Source: the human T2T-CHM13v2.0 reference genome, Homo sapiens. Taken from it: a DNA stretch of 64,000 nt. The notes under the pieces are model-generated. The model was not told the DNA's origin and did not search any database. It worked only from the letters and a program-made list of their open reading frames with translations. Positions 1 to 14,195 of this stretch are shown piece after piece; within the stretch, counting starts at the first letter, position 1; each line of letters opens with the position of its first letter. The stretch lies in the NCBI RefSeq assembly GCF_009914755.1, contig NC_060925.1; one strand, written 5' to 3'. The position numbers and the translations under genes were made by a program.

Positions 1-620
1 TAATTCTTGCTTTGTACCAGTCCAGAGGGACATACTTTTGAACTGAAAAAGAGGACCACTTATGGAGGACAAGAAATACTTCCCTTCCCTCAGGCTCAGG
101 AGAACTTAACTAAAAAATGAATATTCGTGTGGAAACCACTAGGGGTTGTGCTAGCACTAATCATGGACCCAAACAATCCTCTCTCTGGAGTCGAAGTTTT
201 TATTCTATCAAGGGCTTCCCCCAACTTTCATTAAGGTAAACTCTTGCCCCAGAATACAATTAGCAGGCAATAATGTGTCTTATAGTCAGACAGACTTGTA
301 AGAAGTAAAGCCTTAGTTTCCCTAACTAAGAAATGGAAATAATTTCTACCCAGAAGGTTCCTTGGAGGATTAAATGAGGAACATAAAGTGATTAGTACAG
401 AGACAAGCACATATTTGATGAATAATTAATCCCCTTTTCTCTTTATACATCTGTATCCCTAATGAAAATAATATGCAGGCTACAACAATTCTGGGATTTA
501 ATTGGAATTTAATTCCTTCCCTTAGGAAAAGAAGAGATCTTGTGTTCTAGAGGAAATTAAGAGACTGAAGAGAAGATTCTTTCAAAAATATGAATCAATT
601 AAACTTTTGACAATACTTAC

Positions 621-669
621 CGGTAAATTGTACTTTGATACTTTGAATTCGAGGATACCGATGTGATAC
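621..669 (-). CDS. TNFSF4: TNFSF4 exon 2 (49 bp, VSHRYPRIQSIKVQFT)
   Basis: Acceptor tttcttcctccctcag|GTATCACATCGG and donor TTTACCG|gtaagt. Translation continues the OX40L sequence in frame with exon 1. Exon 3 (most of the TNF homology domain) is outside the window. Confidence 0.97.
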
Positions 670-801
670 CTGAGGGAGGAAGAAAGACATATTCTTAGGA
701 AAAAAACATGAACAAATGAAATTCGCAAGTCATATTTAATGGAACAGTGAAGCAGAAATGCAGTAGCCTGTAGAGAAAACAAAAACAACAGAAGACTTGA
801 C

Positions 802-1124
802 TTTTTTGTTGTTGTTGTTGTTGTTGTTTTGAGTCAGGGTCTCACTCTGACACCCAGGCTGGAGTGCAGTGACACAATCACGGCTCCCTGCAGCCTCCGC
901 CTCCCTGGGCTCAGTGATTCCCCCACCTCAGCCTCCTGAGTAGCTGGGACTATAGGCACGCACCACCACACCTGATTAATTTTTGTTTTTTGGGGTTTTT
1001 GAGGGGGTAGAGATGGGGTTCTGCCATATTGCCCAGGCTGGTCTCAAACTCTTGACCTCAAGCAATCCTCTCACCCAGCCTCCCAAAGTGCTGGGATTAC
1101 AGGCATGAGTCGCCATGCCCGGCC
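802..1124 (-). mobile_element. AluJ-type SINE with (GTT)n tail
   Basis: Full dimeric Alu, antisense. Flanking direct repeat TGACTTTTT at 798 and 1126. Confidence 0.9.
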
Positions 1125-2027
1125 CTGACTTTTTCTATGAAGATTGGACCTAGACTTCCACCTTCCCCCTTGCTTTTCCATAATATCTCTTAAGATAAAT
1201 TAGGACTATTGTGCTCCTTCATGCAAGCGTCTGAGATCTGTCCGCATTTCTGCCAAACTCTTCTTTGGTATACTGTTTTGTCTCACTGTGCCCCAATTTC
1301 CCATTTTGGATAACGTAGCACTATAGTCATATTGTTAAGAAACCTATTCAGTCATAGAGATTCCCTCATGGAGAATGCTGGTTCAATCAATCCATCATGG
1401 CCACAGACTCCCAGAATGCACTGGGAGGGAGTTCTGGAAGCTTCCTGCATGTCTGGTCTTTCACTTTAACGCAGGAGTAAAAGCATCCTATTTTCAGGGG
1501 ACAAAGGCAATAAAAACTGTCCCAATCCTACAGAGCTCAATATATTTGGTGTAGCTTTTTTAAACATTGGATCTTTCTCTTCAACAGCTTTAAAAACCTA
1601 ACTTGAATTAAGTCAGTATTCAATTGCTAAAAGAGAAGTAAAACAGTGAAGACAGGAAACCTGATAGATAAAACTTTTACAGTACTTTTGTGGTTAAAAG
1701 AACAAATAAGCTCAATATGGAACCAACTCCGAGATCTCTTAAGTAAAAAAAAGTTGGGGGGGGTGCAGAATTATACATAAAATATATTGCCATTTGTGTT
1801 AAATAATAATAATAACACCTGTGTGGGCATTGAAAGAATATACAATACATTAATGTATCTGAAAGAATACACAAGACACTAGTTGCAAATGTTGTCCCTG
1901 GAGAAAAAAATTGGAAGCCTGAGGTCAGGAGTAGGATTGACCTCTACTTTTCATGGTCTAATTTTTTAAAAAGTTTTGTGCCATTTGTTTGTCTTATCTA
2001 CTAAAAAAGAAAGTAGAAAAAAATGTC

Positions 2028-2314
2028 TGCTGGGCACGGTGGCTCATGCCTGTAATCCCAGCACTTTGGGAGGCTGAGGCAGGCAGATCAGCTGAGGTCA
2101 GGAGTTCGAGATCAGCCTGGCCAACATGGTGAAACCCCATCTCTGCTTAAAAAAAAAAAAAAAAAATTATCCAGGCATGGTGGCACATGCCTGTAATCCC
2201 AGCTTCTTGGGAGGTTGAGGCAGGAGAATCACTGAAACCTGGGAGGGGGCCAAGATCGCCCCACTACGCTCCATCCTGAGGGACATAGGGAGACTCCATC
2301 TCAAAAAAATAAAA
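2028..2314 (+). mobile_element. AluS-type SINE with a small right-arm deletion
   Basis: Alu left arm, A-rich linker, right arm and A tail. Confidence 0.9.
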
Positions 2315-3994
2315 GCCTATTATGCCTGCCAAGAACAACGGCTCTTCCCACAAGCTTATTTTGGCATGACGTCCTAATCAAAAATGTGAAGACGGATTTG
2401 TTTTTATGCCCTGGGTAGGGGAATTCCTGTTTCCCACTCTCCTGGCACACTGGTAGCTTCAGTCAAGCATATTCCATTGGCACCTGCCCACACAGACGAG
2501 GAATTCCCTACTTCTATTACAAGTATAATCACAAGCCTTACCAGCTAAAACCAACAGGCAGCATAGGAAGAATGGAGAGTCATTCTGAGCCCTGCCAGGG
2601 ACTGGGCTGCAGGAACAATATGAGTTCAATGTGCTGAGCACATGGAGAGAGGCACTGACTTGGGTAGAAGCAGGAGTCTTTAGCTCTCCCCCTTCTCTGT
2701 ACTCTTCGTGGTGTGATAGCTAATTAGTGCCCTTCGTGCTTAAGGGCAATGCTCTGGAAGAAAACCTGTCAGAAGGCAAATGACCCAATGACCATAGTTT
2801 CCTGGGTAAATAAATGTTTCCACTGCTCTCTGGGCTAAGTGCCAGCATGAATTGCCACGTGCTAAAGTTAGAAAGAAGCCCTCTGTGGAGTAGCACAAAC
2901 AGCACAGGCCTCAGCGTGCAGTGACAGAGTGCTAATGCCAGGCAGGCAGGCACTGTGCCAACTTAAGCAAGTTTCATAATCTCCTTAGATGGCAGTTTCT
3001 CATCTTTAAAAGTCACTAGAAGATCAGGGGCATTCCTTTCAGCACTAGCTTTCCATGATTTAGATTTTAGAAGTTGTGACTTTAAGTTTAATTTAATAAA
3101 AGAGAAAAAAACATAAAGCTTCCTCATTCCCAAATTTACTTTCACTCCCTGATCTAAAAGCCCTTGTGATTTGATTATTTTGACTGACTTTGCAAAGATC
3201 TCCAAAAATATCCTGCAACTTAAGGAATGTTCCAACTTTTTGAGGTGCCCTGATGAAGTAAGGGTGGCAGTGACCAAACAGACATTCTCTGGGACGATGA
3301 TGCTGACAGGCAGTGAGTGAGTAAAGCACATGTGACTTCCTCCGTGTTGGAGTCTAGACTTCCAGTAGATCAACCTGGAGGAAGCTGACCTACTGGAACT
3401 CCAGACTCAGGTATCCTGTTCCTTCTCCTGAAGGTCACATAGGGGTAGAAGTTTGCATATCCTCAGAAGTCTCTTACTAACATCAAGTTTAGGCAATGTT
3501 GTGAAGTAGAAAAAGATGGTCCTTCTTCTTATTTGTTGGCCTTCCAACCATCTTCCCCCTCATCCTCCATACCTGATGACCTCATGCTGACTACCCCAGT
3601 GCCCAGAGACACCCCCACAGTGCCCAAGTCAAAGCTCTGAAGAGCCTGGCTCCAACCTCATTGTCAAGCTTTATTGCCACATATATCCTTTCTGTGTCTA
3701 ATGATCCAGCCAACTATTTGTTCTGATCTCCTTGCACTTGGGTAGGCAGCCTGGTAGGATGGCACAAAGAGCATAGACTTTGGAGTCAGATTTAGTTCAA
3801 ACTGTGACTTCTCTGGTTCTTTGAATTTGGAAAAGTTATAGCATTTCTTCGCTTTAGCCTTTATACATGTGAAAATAAGACATAATACTGTGAGCGGAAC
3901 TTTCCAGAAGATGAACACCAAGTTTAGATAGGATAACTTAAAGCATCCAGCAGTTTGCCAGCACATGGTACGTGGTAAGCATTTTAAAAATGTA

Positions 3995-4248
3995 GGCCAG
4001 ATGCAGTGGCTGACGCTTGTAATCCCAGCACTTTGGGAGGCCGAGGCAGGCAGATCACATGAGATCAGGAGTTTGAGACCAGCCTGGCCAACATGACAAA
4101 AGCCTGTCTCTACAAAAAATACAAAAATTAGCAAGGCGTGGTGGTATGCACCTGTAATCTTAGCCACTGGGGAGGCTGAAGCACAAGAATCGCTTGAACC
4201 CAGGAGACAGAGGTTGCAGTGAGCCAAGATCACACCACTGCCTCCAGC
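3995..4248 (+). mobile_element. AluS-type SINE, 3' end and tail missing
   Basis: Alu consensus up to CTCCAGC, then unrelated sequence. Confidence 0.88.
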
Positions 4249-4354
4249 ATGTCCCTCCATCTGTCTCTGCCCATTAAAATCTTACCATCTTCAAGGCCTA
4301 AATCAAATCCTTGAGTTTCAGTCTCTGTATTCCCATACAAGTATTTAAAGTCAC

Positions 4355-4790
4355 TCATTCACAAAGATGTTTATAGCAGCTTTGTTCATAATTGTCAAAA
4401 CTTGGAAGCAGCCAAAACGTCCTTCAGTAGGTGAATGGATAAATAAACTGATACAACCATACAATGGAACATTATGCAGCACTAAAAAGAAATGAACTAT
4501 CAAGCTATGAAAAGACATGGAGGAATATTAAATGCATATTATTATACAAGAGAAGCCAATCTGAAAACGGTATATACTGAATGACCTAACTATATGACAT
4601 TCTGGAAAAAGCAAAACTATGGAGATTAAAAAGATCAGTGGGTGCCAGGGGTTAGGAATGGGGGAGGAATAAACAGGTAGAGCACAGGGTGTTTTTAGGG
4701 TAGTGAAAGCATCCTGTATGATTCTGTAATGGTGAATACATGTCATTATATACACTTGTCAAAACCCACAGAATGTACAGTTAACCCCAA
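4355..4790 (+). mobile_element. Old L1 (L1MB/L1MC-type) 3' region fragment
   Basis: Typical motifs ATGTTTATAGCAGCTTTGTTCATAATTG, GGTGAATGGATAAATAAACTG and ACTATATGACATTCTGGAAAA. Confidence 0.75.
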
Positions 4791-6700
4791 CATTAAAAAA
4801 CACTCTATTGACTGATTATACTGCCAGTGAATACAAGTCTTATCTCCTCTACTCAAGACTACTTAGCTGTGTGACCTTGGGAAAATTGCATTTATCTTGC
4901 TGATTTTGTTCCTTAATCTGTAAAATGGAGATAGTAAAAATCTGTATATCAGAGAGTTGTAAAGTTTGAATGAAATAATATATGTCAGTGATCAGGACCT
5001 GTCATGGAACATTGCAAGAAGTTAATAAACATCAGCAATTATTCTTGGATGCACACGGAAAACAATATCCATGTCATGTTCATAATTTATTCTACATAAT
5101 ACTATATAAACTATATGACAACAGAATGAAGGAATGGATTAAAGAAAAAAACAAAGACTAACAAAGTTATCATATCAGTGCTCTGACTCCCTGTACCTCA
5201 GAGAAACAATACAAAAGAATTTGGGTTTCATGAGAAAGGTTGACAGAAAACAATCAGAAGACATTTGGTCTACCCCCACACATAGACTTAGTGTTTTGTA
5301 TATCAAGAAAAGCAAAATCCCCAGATCTTCTCCACATACTCAAAGAAAATAGAAAATATCAAAGGGCCAGGGGGCTTCCATCTAAGCACAGTCTATAGAC
5401 TAAAGCTTCTTCAATCTGGAAGGTCTGAAGAGTCCACACCATACTCAAGGATGAAATGCAAATGCTCCTAAGTATCCATGCCAGAATTGAAGTATAGCCG
5501 TGAATTTTGAATGTAATGGTCTTAGAAGCATGAAAAAAATGCAAAAGAAGTCATATTTTAGTTGAACATTATATTTTGCATATGAAGAAATTAAGGCTCA
5601 CAGAAGTGAAGAGATTTGATGCATGCCCTTCAATTTCAGTAATTTTTATTATACCACACAAGTACTATTTTTCTCCCACGCGAATTTGAAGAAAAAAATT
5701 CTATGAAGATTTTAATATTCCATTCCTTATGTCCACTTTAATAGCAAGCTTAGAGAAAAGAAGAAGTTGCCGTACAGATGATTGGCAATGACCTCATCAT
5801 GAGAAAGAAAAGGGAGAGCCCACACTCCAGGCTTCCCTCTTGGGTTTCAGGGCTCCCATAAGTGAAGCAAAAAAAAAAAAAAAAAGGAACAATCAAGTAC
5901 CCACTTGGCAAATATGGGCTCTTTGACCAAATGACTGAATAATGTAATGTACAAGCGTCATGTCTGGCAGCAGCTGATAATGCAACAGGAAGGTTACCAG
6001 CCCAGTGGTTCTTAAACTCTAAATGTGCATTAGAATCACCACCAAAATATGTTGTTGTTGTTGTTTTAAGTGCAGATGGTCAGATTATTCACAAAGACTC
6101 TAATTCAAAAGGTCTGGGTAGATCAAGGAATCTTCATTTTTACAAGTAACCAAGGTTCAGATTTAAAAATCACTGCTGTTAACTATGAACTTCCAAAAGT
6201 CTAAATCCAGAGAATTTATCTTCAACCACACCCTGTGCAAAAAGCATGCCTGTCCAAAAGCTGGTGCTCAAGAAATTTTTTCTCTGCTGTAAGTGTTATT
6301 CAGTAGTTGAATGAATAGTATGGTTGTCATATTATTTGGTAGTTTGGTTAAAAATAACATCAGCAATTATTGAGTACTTGCTATGCAGCAGTTATTACAC
6401 TCAACTCTTGGAACACAAGGAGATAGAACATACAATCCTTACTTTTGATGAACTTCTATGCCAGTTGGGAAAATAGTCCCTGTACATAAAACCTTTAGTA
6501 AATACCTACAGGCAATGTAAGTCATAACATTTCAAAGAACAGAAAAATCACTGTAGGCTTTGACAGCACAAGGAGGAAAGACCTGGACTTAGGCCTTGAA
6601 AGACAGAGAAGAGCTGGATGAGCAAAAGACATTCTATAATTATTAATAGTTGGAAGAAAAGTCTAGAAATGAGGCCATCCTTTGTGCATTCAAGAAAAAG

Positions 6701-7030
<330 letters not shown>

Positions 7031-9238
7031 TTACAATATGCTATGCACTGTTTCAAATGTATTATCCCATTTGCTGCTCAAAATAACATTGTGATGTAGA
7101 AAGAATAACTACCCATATTTTACAGATAGGGAAATAAAAATTAGTGCTGCTAAGAACTTGGTCGGGAATAAATATTTATTCATTTGAGTTCAGGTGAATC
7201 CCAAGTTCATGATAACATCCCTTCTCTTTATCCTACACTATCATAAGAGTAAATAACACCAAAAAAAAGCATTTATCTGAGGGTCCTAAATTAACTTGAA
7301 TTGTTTTCATCATCAATACTGAATAAGATTAAATATTAATTTTTGAATAGTTGTCAAAATACACAGATATACATCAAAATATCCAGAAACCCTGCTCTAG
7401 AAAGAGCTCCTCAACCAATGTTGCAGGGTTGCCTATGTAGTTCAGGTTGCCAGAATTATTAGCTCAGCTCTGATTAGGTAAAACTGTCCTGGCAAGGAAC
7501 TGCAGGCCCATGGACAAGTACAAAGCAGGCTCCCCATGCAGGTGTAGCAAAGAAGAGTCAGAATTAGGTTCTTTCTTGGCCTCCTTCAGTGCTTTTAGCA
7601 CTGGGCTGTCCAAAAACAAAGGTGGAAAGTGTCTGATATCTGGCATTTATTCAGCAGGCTGTGCTGTGTTCCCAAGAAAGTGACACTTGTTTCAAGAGCT
7701 CATCTTTGGAGAGTGTGTACCTCTAATTCTGACTCACTAGGATGTGGTATGGGGCTGTCGACCTTAAACCCATTTGACATTTGTCCTGGTGAAGGGTATC
7801 TGTGGCAGGAGCAAATGATACTCACCAAGCATGAAACCAGGAAGTGGGCTCTGCACTCACTATACCGGCCTTGCCATTCCTTGCTTGGTACAAGGCCACA
7901 ATGTCAAGGCCTTGGTGGTGGGCAGCAGTGGGACGTGGGCTAGTAGAGGGTGGTAGTAGTGGGCTAGTAGAGGGAAACACATCTGGAGTGGGGACTCCCC
8001 AGTTCACCAAACCACTGCCACTGGACGTGAACCTCTCCTCCCCGCACCTTGGGCTTCATGCCAACCAGTGGAGATCTGAGAGATCATGAAAGCATGACCT
8101 CACAAGCTCTCAGGGTGTGTCTCAAGGGGCCTCAGAAGAGAAAGGGAGAATTTTTCACTCTTAGCCACCACAGTAGACTGAGAGGATAGATCCTTATCTG
8201 ACAGACATGGTCTATTCTCAGTGGAAGCAGCCCCCTTACAAAAAGATGAGCCCTGACTTCTGATCACGGAAGTTCAGAATTCCACCTAGAGAGAGGAGTA
8301 GGAAAAATGGGAAAAACTGATTCTTTGGTGAAGGAGTTTCTCATATTCAGAAAGACTTATCCCAAAAGTTACATTTCTTAGAGACAAAGATGTGTGGCTT
8401 TGAAAACCTTGTTGGATAACGAGTTTATTGGGACTTAATGAACACAAAGAAAAGCCATTTTAACTGCCATCCAAAGCCTTCTCTTTCTCCATGCCAAACC
8501 CTTACCATCTCTGCCAGCATATTTTCCCAGTCATCTCTCTCTTAACCTCCACCTTCCTCCCCACTGTATATCCTGCGTGATATCCTCATAGCCACCTCTC
8601 TCTCTAACCACTTCCACTCTTCTCATCGAGTCTACTAAGTAACGGCTATGAGTTTTCCCGCAGAGAAGCCTCTCTCCTCTCTGTTTCAGAGAGAGCATGA
8701 ACTGTGGTTTTATTGTCCCTAATACAATTAGCAACTGACAGATTCCCAAGAGAAATGTCCTATATTTAGGTAAACAATCAAATCAACCAAAAGTATCCAT
8801 GTGACATGAAATCTATGTGATTGACCTAATGCACCAACTCTTCATATCGTCAGAGGGAAGATTTTCTTGTATCTTGGTTTCCCTTCCCACATACAACTGA
8901 GGAAGCACTCAAAGTACACTGACAGAGGGATTTACTAAAACATTTCTGAGAACTCCTGTCCCCACCTCAATGATTGGTTAAGTCTCTACTGTAATATTCT
9001 CAGATCAGCTTAGTCTCTAAGCTACTGGAAGGGTAGGTTTACAAGGTACCCACTGCCTTGCCATACCTCCTACCATGTCTCAAACATAATGGCACTTAGT
9101 AAATAAATGTTGAACTAAGGTGGAACTTAGCCCCTCAGGACATCCCTGGACCTTCATCAGCTACAAGATCATGTAATATCTAACACTGGCTCTAGTCAAC
9201 ACTATACGTTGCTCAAGGTTTTAGAAATTGGCCTATTC

Positions 9239-10139
9239 TAGTCAGAATGGCCATTATTAAAAAGTCAAGAAGCAACAGATGCTGGTGAGGTTGGAGAGAA
9301 AAAGGAACACTTTTACACTGTTGGTGGGAATGTAAATTAGTTCAACCATTGTAGAGGACTGTGGAAGACAGTGTGGCAATTCCCCAAAGATCTAAAAGCA
9401 GAAACACCATTTGACCCAGCAACCCCATTACTGGGTATATACCCAAAGGAATATAAATCATTCTATTACAAAGGTACATGCACACATATGTTCATTGCAG
9501 CACTATTCACAATAACAAAGACATGGAATCAACCCAAATGCCCATCAGTGATAGACTGGAGAAAGAAAATGTGGTACATATACACCATGGAATGGAATAC
9601 TGTGCAGCCATCAAAAGGAACAAGATCATGTCCTTGGCAGGGACGTGGATGGATCTAGAAGCCATTATCCTCAGCAAACTAACACAGGAACAGAAAAACA
9701 CCGCATGTTCTCACTTATAAGTGGGAGCTGAACAATGAGAACACATGGACATGTGGGAGAACAACACTGGCGCCTGTTGCAGGGGCAAGGGGAGGGAGGG
9801 CATCAGGAAAAATAGCTAATGGATGCTGAGCTTAACACCTAGGTGATGGTTTGATCTGTGCAGCAAGCCACCATGGCACACGTTTACCTATGTAACAAAC
9901 CTGCACATCCTGCACATGTACCCTGGAACTTAAAATAAAAGTTAAAGAAAAAAAAAAGAAAAGAAAGTCAATTGACCATAAATGTGCAGCTTTAGTTTTG
10001 GATTCTAAATTCCAAACGTTGATCTGTCTATTCTTATGCCAGTACCAAATCAAATTATATAAGAACTCTTTTCAGTCACGGTGCACATTACCAGTTGCAT
10101 ATTGTCATAATAAAAGTTCAATGTAGAGAAGAAAAAAAA
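9239..10139 (+). mobile_element. 5'-truncated older L1PA 3' end carrying a 3' transduction
   Basis: L1 ORF2 end and 3'UTR 9239-9966, then non-L1PA tag 9967-10130 and a second A tail. TSD AGAAATTGGCC(T/C)ATTC at 9223-9238 and 10140-10155. Confidence 0.88.
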
Positions 10140-10628
10140 AGAAATTGGCCCATTCATCCTTGAATACAAAGACAGTAGCAGAATTACTGCAGTCAGTCTC
10201 TTTATTTGAAATCACTCATTCCCTTATCTGATTTGCTATATAACAAGGAGGGAATATAGTCTTGAGAAGGCAACCTGGTAGACTGAACAAGACATTGCAC
10301 TGGGACTAGGCACACCTGAGTTCTTCTCCCGGACCAGAAAATGTTCTTTCCCTTCCTCAGCTTCTAATATTCTCATTTCAATGTCTAAACTCAATTTAGA
10401 TTATTGGAATAAAGTGTCTAATGAAAAATTTCCATTTCAAAGATTAGGCAAATCACAATATTCAAAAGCGAGATAGATTTCAAAGGATTGTGTGATAAGA
10501 AGACCTTCTGAACAGAAGATCACTTTCAACACAATAGACCCCTCTGCTGTAACAAAAGCAGCAGGCCTCTTTTTCCCCAAGTGGCTCCCTCCGATAGTAA
10601 ATGAGCAACTAAGATTATTCCTGTACTA

Positions 10629-10736
10629 GAATGGCGTGAACGCAGGAGGCGGAGCTTGCAGTGAGCCGAGATCGTGCCACTGCACTCCAGCCTGGGTGAC
10701 AGAGCAAGACTCCATCTCAAAAAACAAACAAACAAA
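10629..10736 (+). mobile_element. 5'-truncated AluY-like fragment inserted at the start of an L1 3'-end fragment (which runs to ~10868)
   Basis: GAATGGCGTGAA...GGAGCTTGCAGTG. Perfect 18-bp TSD AAGATTATTCCTGTACTA at 10611-10628 and 10737-10754. Confidence 0.9.
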
Positions 10737-11371
10737 AAGATTATTCCTGTACTATGCTTATTACCCCAGTGATGAAACAATCTGTACCCCAAACCCCTAT
10801 GACACACAGTTTACCTGTATAACAAGCTTGCACATGTACCCCTGAACCTAAAATAAAAGTTAAAAAAAGATGATCCCTAGTGTTGTGCATGCAGTGAAGC
10901 TCTTCACCTCATCTGTGGGGGGCTAAATAATCCTCAACCTGTGCTCTGATACAAACTGAGACTGGCGAATGGTAACATCATCACAGAATAGCAGTGGGAT
11001 GAGGATTATGGTGGTGACAATGATGACCATGTCATTTTAAACTAAACCCTTCCTGTTAATTAATGGCAGTGAAACCAAGTACCTAATGCAAAAAACAAGT
11101 ATGCCCACTTTATAATCCCAATCAAGATACTAGGTATTAAAGCTGGTAGGTAGCTTTCTGTGAAACTTCTTACTGAAGAACCGTACCCTCTTTGGTTATC
11201 CAGTGCTTATCATACGCTATTGCTTGTTTAACTGCCTTGTTTTCCTACTGGGTTGCAAACTCTGGGAGGGCAGGGAGGACCACGTCTATTTCACTCACCT
11301 TTGTGTCCTCAGTGCCTGACAGGTAACTGATGCTCCATAAACATTGCTGAATAAGTTGATGAATAAGTGCT

Positions 11372-11818
11372 TTATAGCGGCTTGAATAGTGTCCCTCCAA
11401 ACTTCATGTCCATGTGGAACCTCAGAATGTGACTTTATTTGGAAATAGGGTCTTTGTAGATAGATGTAATTAGTTAACATGCAGTCAACTGGATTAGGGT
11501 GGGCCCTAAATCTAATATGACTGGTGTCCTTGAAGAGAAGGAGAAGACACACAAGATACACATTTGAAAGAAGGCCATGTGAATATAGAGGCAGAGCTTG
11601 GAGCAATACAGCTACAAGTCAAACAACACTGAGGATTGCTGGGAGCCACTAGAAGCTAGAAAGAAGCAAGGAAGGATTCTTCTCTAGAGCCTTCAGAGGA
11701 GCGTGGCCTTCCGACATCTGGATTTCACATTTCTATTCTCCGGTACTGTGAGAGACTAAATTTCTGTAGTTATAATTTACCCAGATTGTAGTAATCTGTT
11801 CCAATAGCCCTAAGAAAC
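11372..11818 (+). mobile_element. MaLR LTR (MLT1 family)
   Basis: GAACCTCAGAATGTGACTTTATTTGGAAATAGGGTCTTTG and TCTCTAGAGCCTTCAGAGGGAGCGTGGCC are MLT1 motifs. Confidence 0.8.
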
Positions 11819-14146
11819 TTCTTCATGGTTGAATAGGTATTTGTATAGAGTGTGCAAATTACACTATCACTTAAGTAATTCTTTGAATCAGTCTGATGGA
11901 ACTAGAAAGGCCTTGGGAGATTATATAGCTTAATCTCATTATCATTTAAAAAAAATGCAGAGGAAAGTAAGACTCAGAGAGAATAAATTACTGAATTAGT
12001 ACTAGAATTCAGGTCCTCTTTCTCTTGTACAAATATATCATACATACAATGCTTTGACCATTTTATAAAAATAATCCATAAGTTATTATGTGATTGTTAA
12101 AGCTTTGTTGATTATGTTATCTACATTTGTGTAAGTATATTTAAATCTTTTTTTAAAAAGAGTCTTTCTTCCCTTTATGATGGCATAAATCCTTCCTCCA
12201 ATTTTTCTTCAAAAAACACTAATGCCAAAAAAGAAAATGAATTTTAAAAACAGCTAGCCAACATTCTTAAAGCTCAGACTCGTGGCCTCGTGGCCAGGCA
12301 TAACAGAAGATAGGACTGGAATTTAGACTGAGTCTTAATTTCTAACCCTGACCTTTCTGTGCAAACCTAGTCAAGTCTCTATACCTCATATTTCCTCAGT
12401 GTAAAACTGCACACCATCTTTCTCCAAGGTCTTAGTGAAGAAATGAGGTCAGAAGTAGGAAAAAGCTCTGCAAAGATGAGAGACTGTTACTGCAAGTAGT
12501 ACATTGAATAATACCATTCAACCTCCCTGCTACCCGTCCATTCTAAAAAACGGTTTGAGTTTAGGTTTTATTGCACCATATACAGGGCCAGATTAATATG
12601 CATGGGGGTCTTAGAAGCTAAAAATTGTCATCACCCAACACACAAGTAATTCAAAATATGTTTTACATTACTAAACTGTAAAATACATGTTTTATGACTT
12701 ATTTTATATCTCATTAAGATGCTTTCCTTTGATGCATGTTTTGATGTTCTTTATCATTTTTGTAATATTGTCATTCCATCTTGATCTTTGACACTGTTTC
12801 ACTGGCTTTCTAGGATGAAGGTCTGGCTGCCGCTGGGGAGCCCAGCCCTGAGGCTACATCACTTAAACTCACTGGAGCCCTCACTTCCCCACCTGTACAA
12901 TATAGTACTTTGGGAATGAAGGCTCTCTAACCACAAGATCTTATTAAATTAGTATAAGAAGAATTAAAGTTCAGATTTGTTTGTCCATCTTTCTGTCAAG
13001 AAGCATGTGTTCTTAAATAGCATTTGCATGTTATCAAGCTAGGCAAACTTATAAAAATTAAGGTGCATTTCAGAATGAAAGGCCTACTGAAAAAAGATTT
13101 TAGTTATGCCAGGAATATTCCCCAATGTTTCTAGATTAGTGAACCAGATGATATGCCTCTTATAAATCTAATTTCCTGCCTTATTTGGTAGCCAAGTCAT
13201 TGGAGAATTGGATGAAATATATCAAAATAAGAAGAAACGGAAATAGCCTAAGCCATGTGCTCTGAGTACGTAATTTTAGATCTCTGAACCACGTGCAGAC
13301 ACTGAACCTAATCACACTTCATAACCTCATAAATTCTCCCCTTCATTCTTTTGCTCTCTAATGCACCCATGAAATCTTAATTAGAAATCTATGTTTAAAA
13401 ATAATAGGACTCTTCCAAGGTGGATTTTTTAATCCTAAAAATTACATTGGGGAAATCAAGGTTCATGAAGTTATGGTTAACATTAACTTTGATATGCTTT
13501 CTGAGATTTGAGTTACAGTGTGTGTGTATGTGTGCACACACATACTATAAAGTCAACATTTTAGTAGCAGTATGTTAACGGAAGCATGTTCATGGATAAT
13601 GATAATAATAATCTTAGCATTTACAAAGCTGTGTATCAATTAATCCTCACCACAACCAAATTCCAGTCTTGGAAATGATTAAACTGATGCCCAGGGAATT
13701 TCAAGAAATTTACTTGGGGTCAAGAGGTAAAAGCCTGGACTGAAAAATTCTGGTTCCTGGCCCAGGGCACTCCCTTTATACTTCAATGAGTCCTCCAAAA
13801 TCTGAGATGATGTTTTATAGCTTTGTATAAGCAAATGTTTTAATTCCTTTGTTTGAAAAGATTGGTTATCAAAAGCATGGGTGATTACAAACGAAATATA
13901 CAAAGCATAGGATGGTAGAAAATTCAGTTTCAATCCAACTCTACCATGTATTTCATTAGTGACTATGGAAACATAAACCTTTCCACCTACAACTCAGCTG
14001 GGTTATTTTTCCCTCATTAAACAGTAATAACAACACTGTATGTAGCTCCTCTAACCCAAATGATGCAAAAGGATTAACTTTCATTTTCCATGAATGGAGA
14101 ATCCCTGAAGTGGGGTAAGCTGTCATTTGAGAGAGAAGTAATTGCT

Positions 14147-14195
14147 ATATATATATACATATATATATATACACACACACATACACATATATATA
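14147..14195. repeat. (TA)n/(CA)n compound microsatellite
   Basis: Visible directly. Confidence 0.9.

Noticed and set aside
3664-4260. 198-aa ORF and similar ORFs at 6643, 10526, 56551, 60233, 62485
   Set aside because: Translations of Alu sequence.
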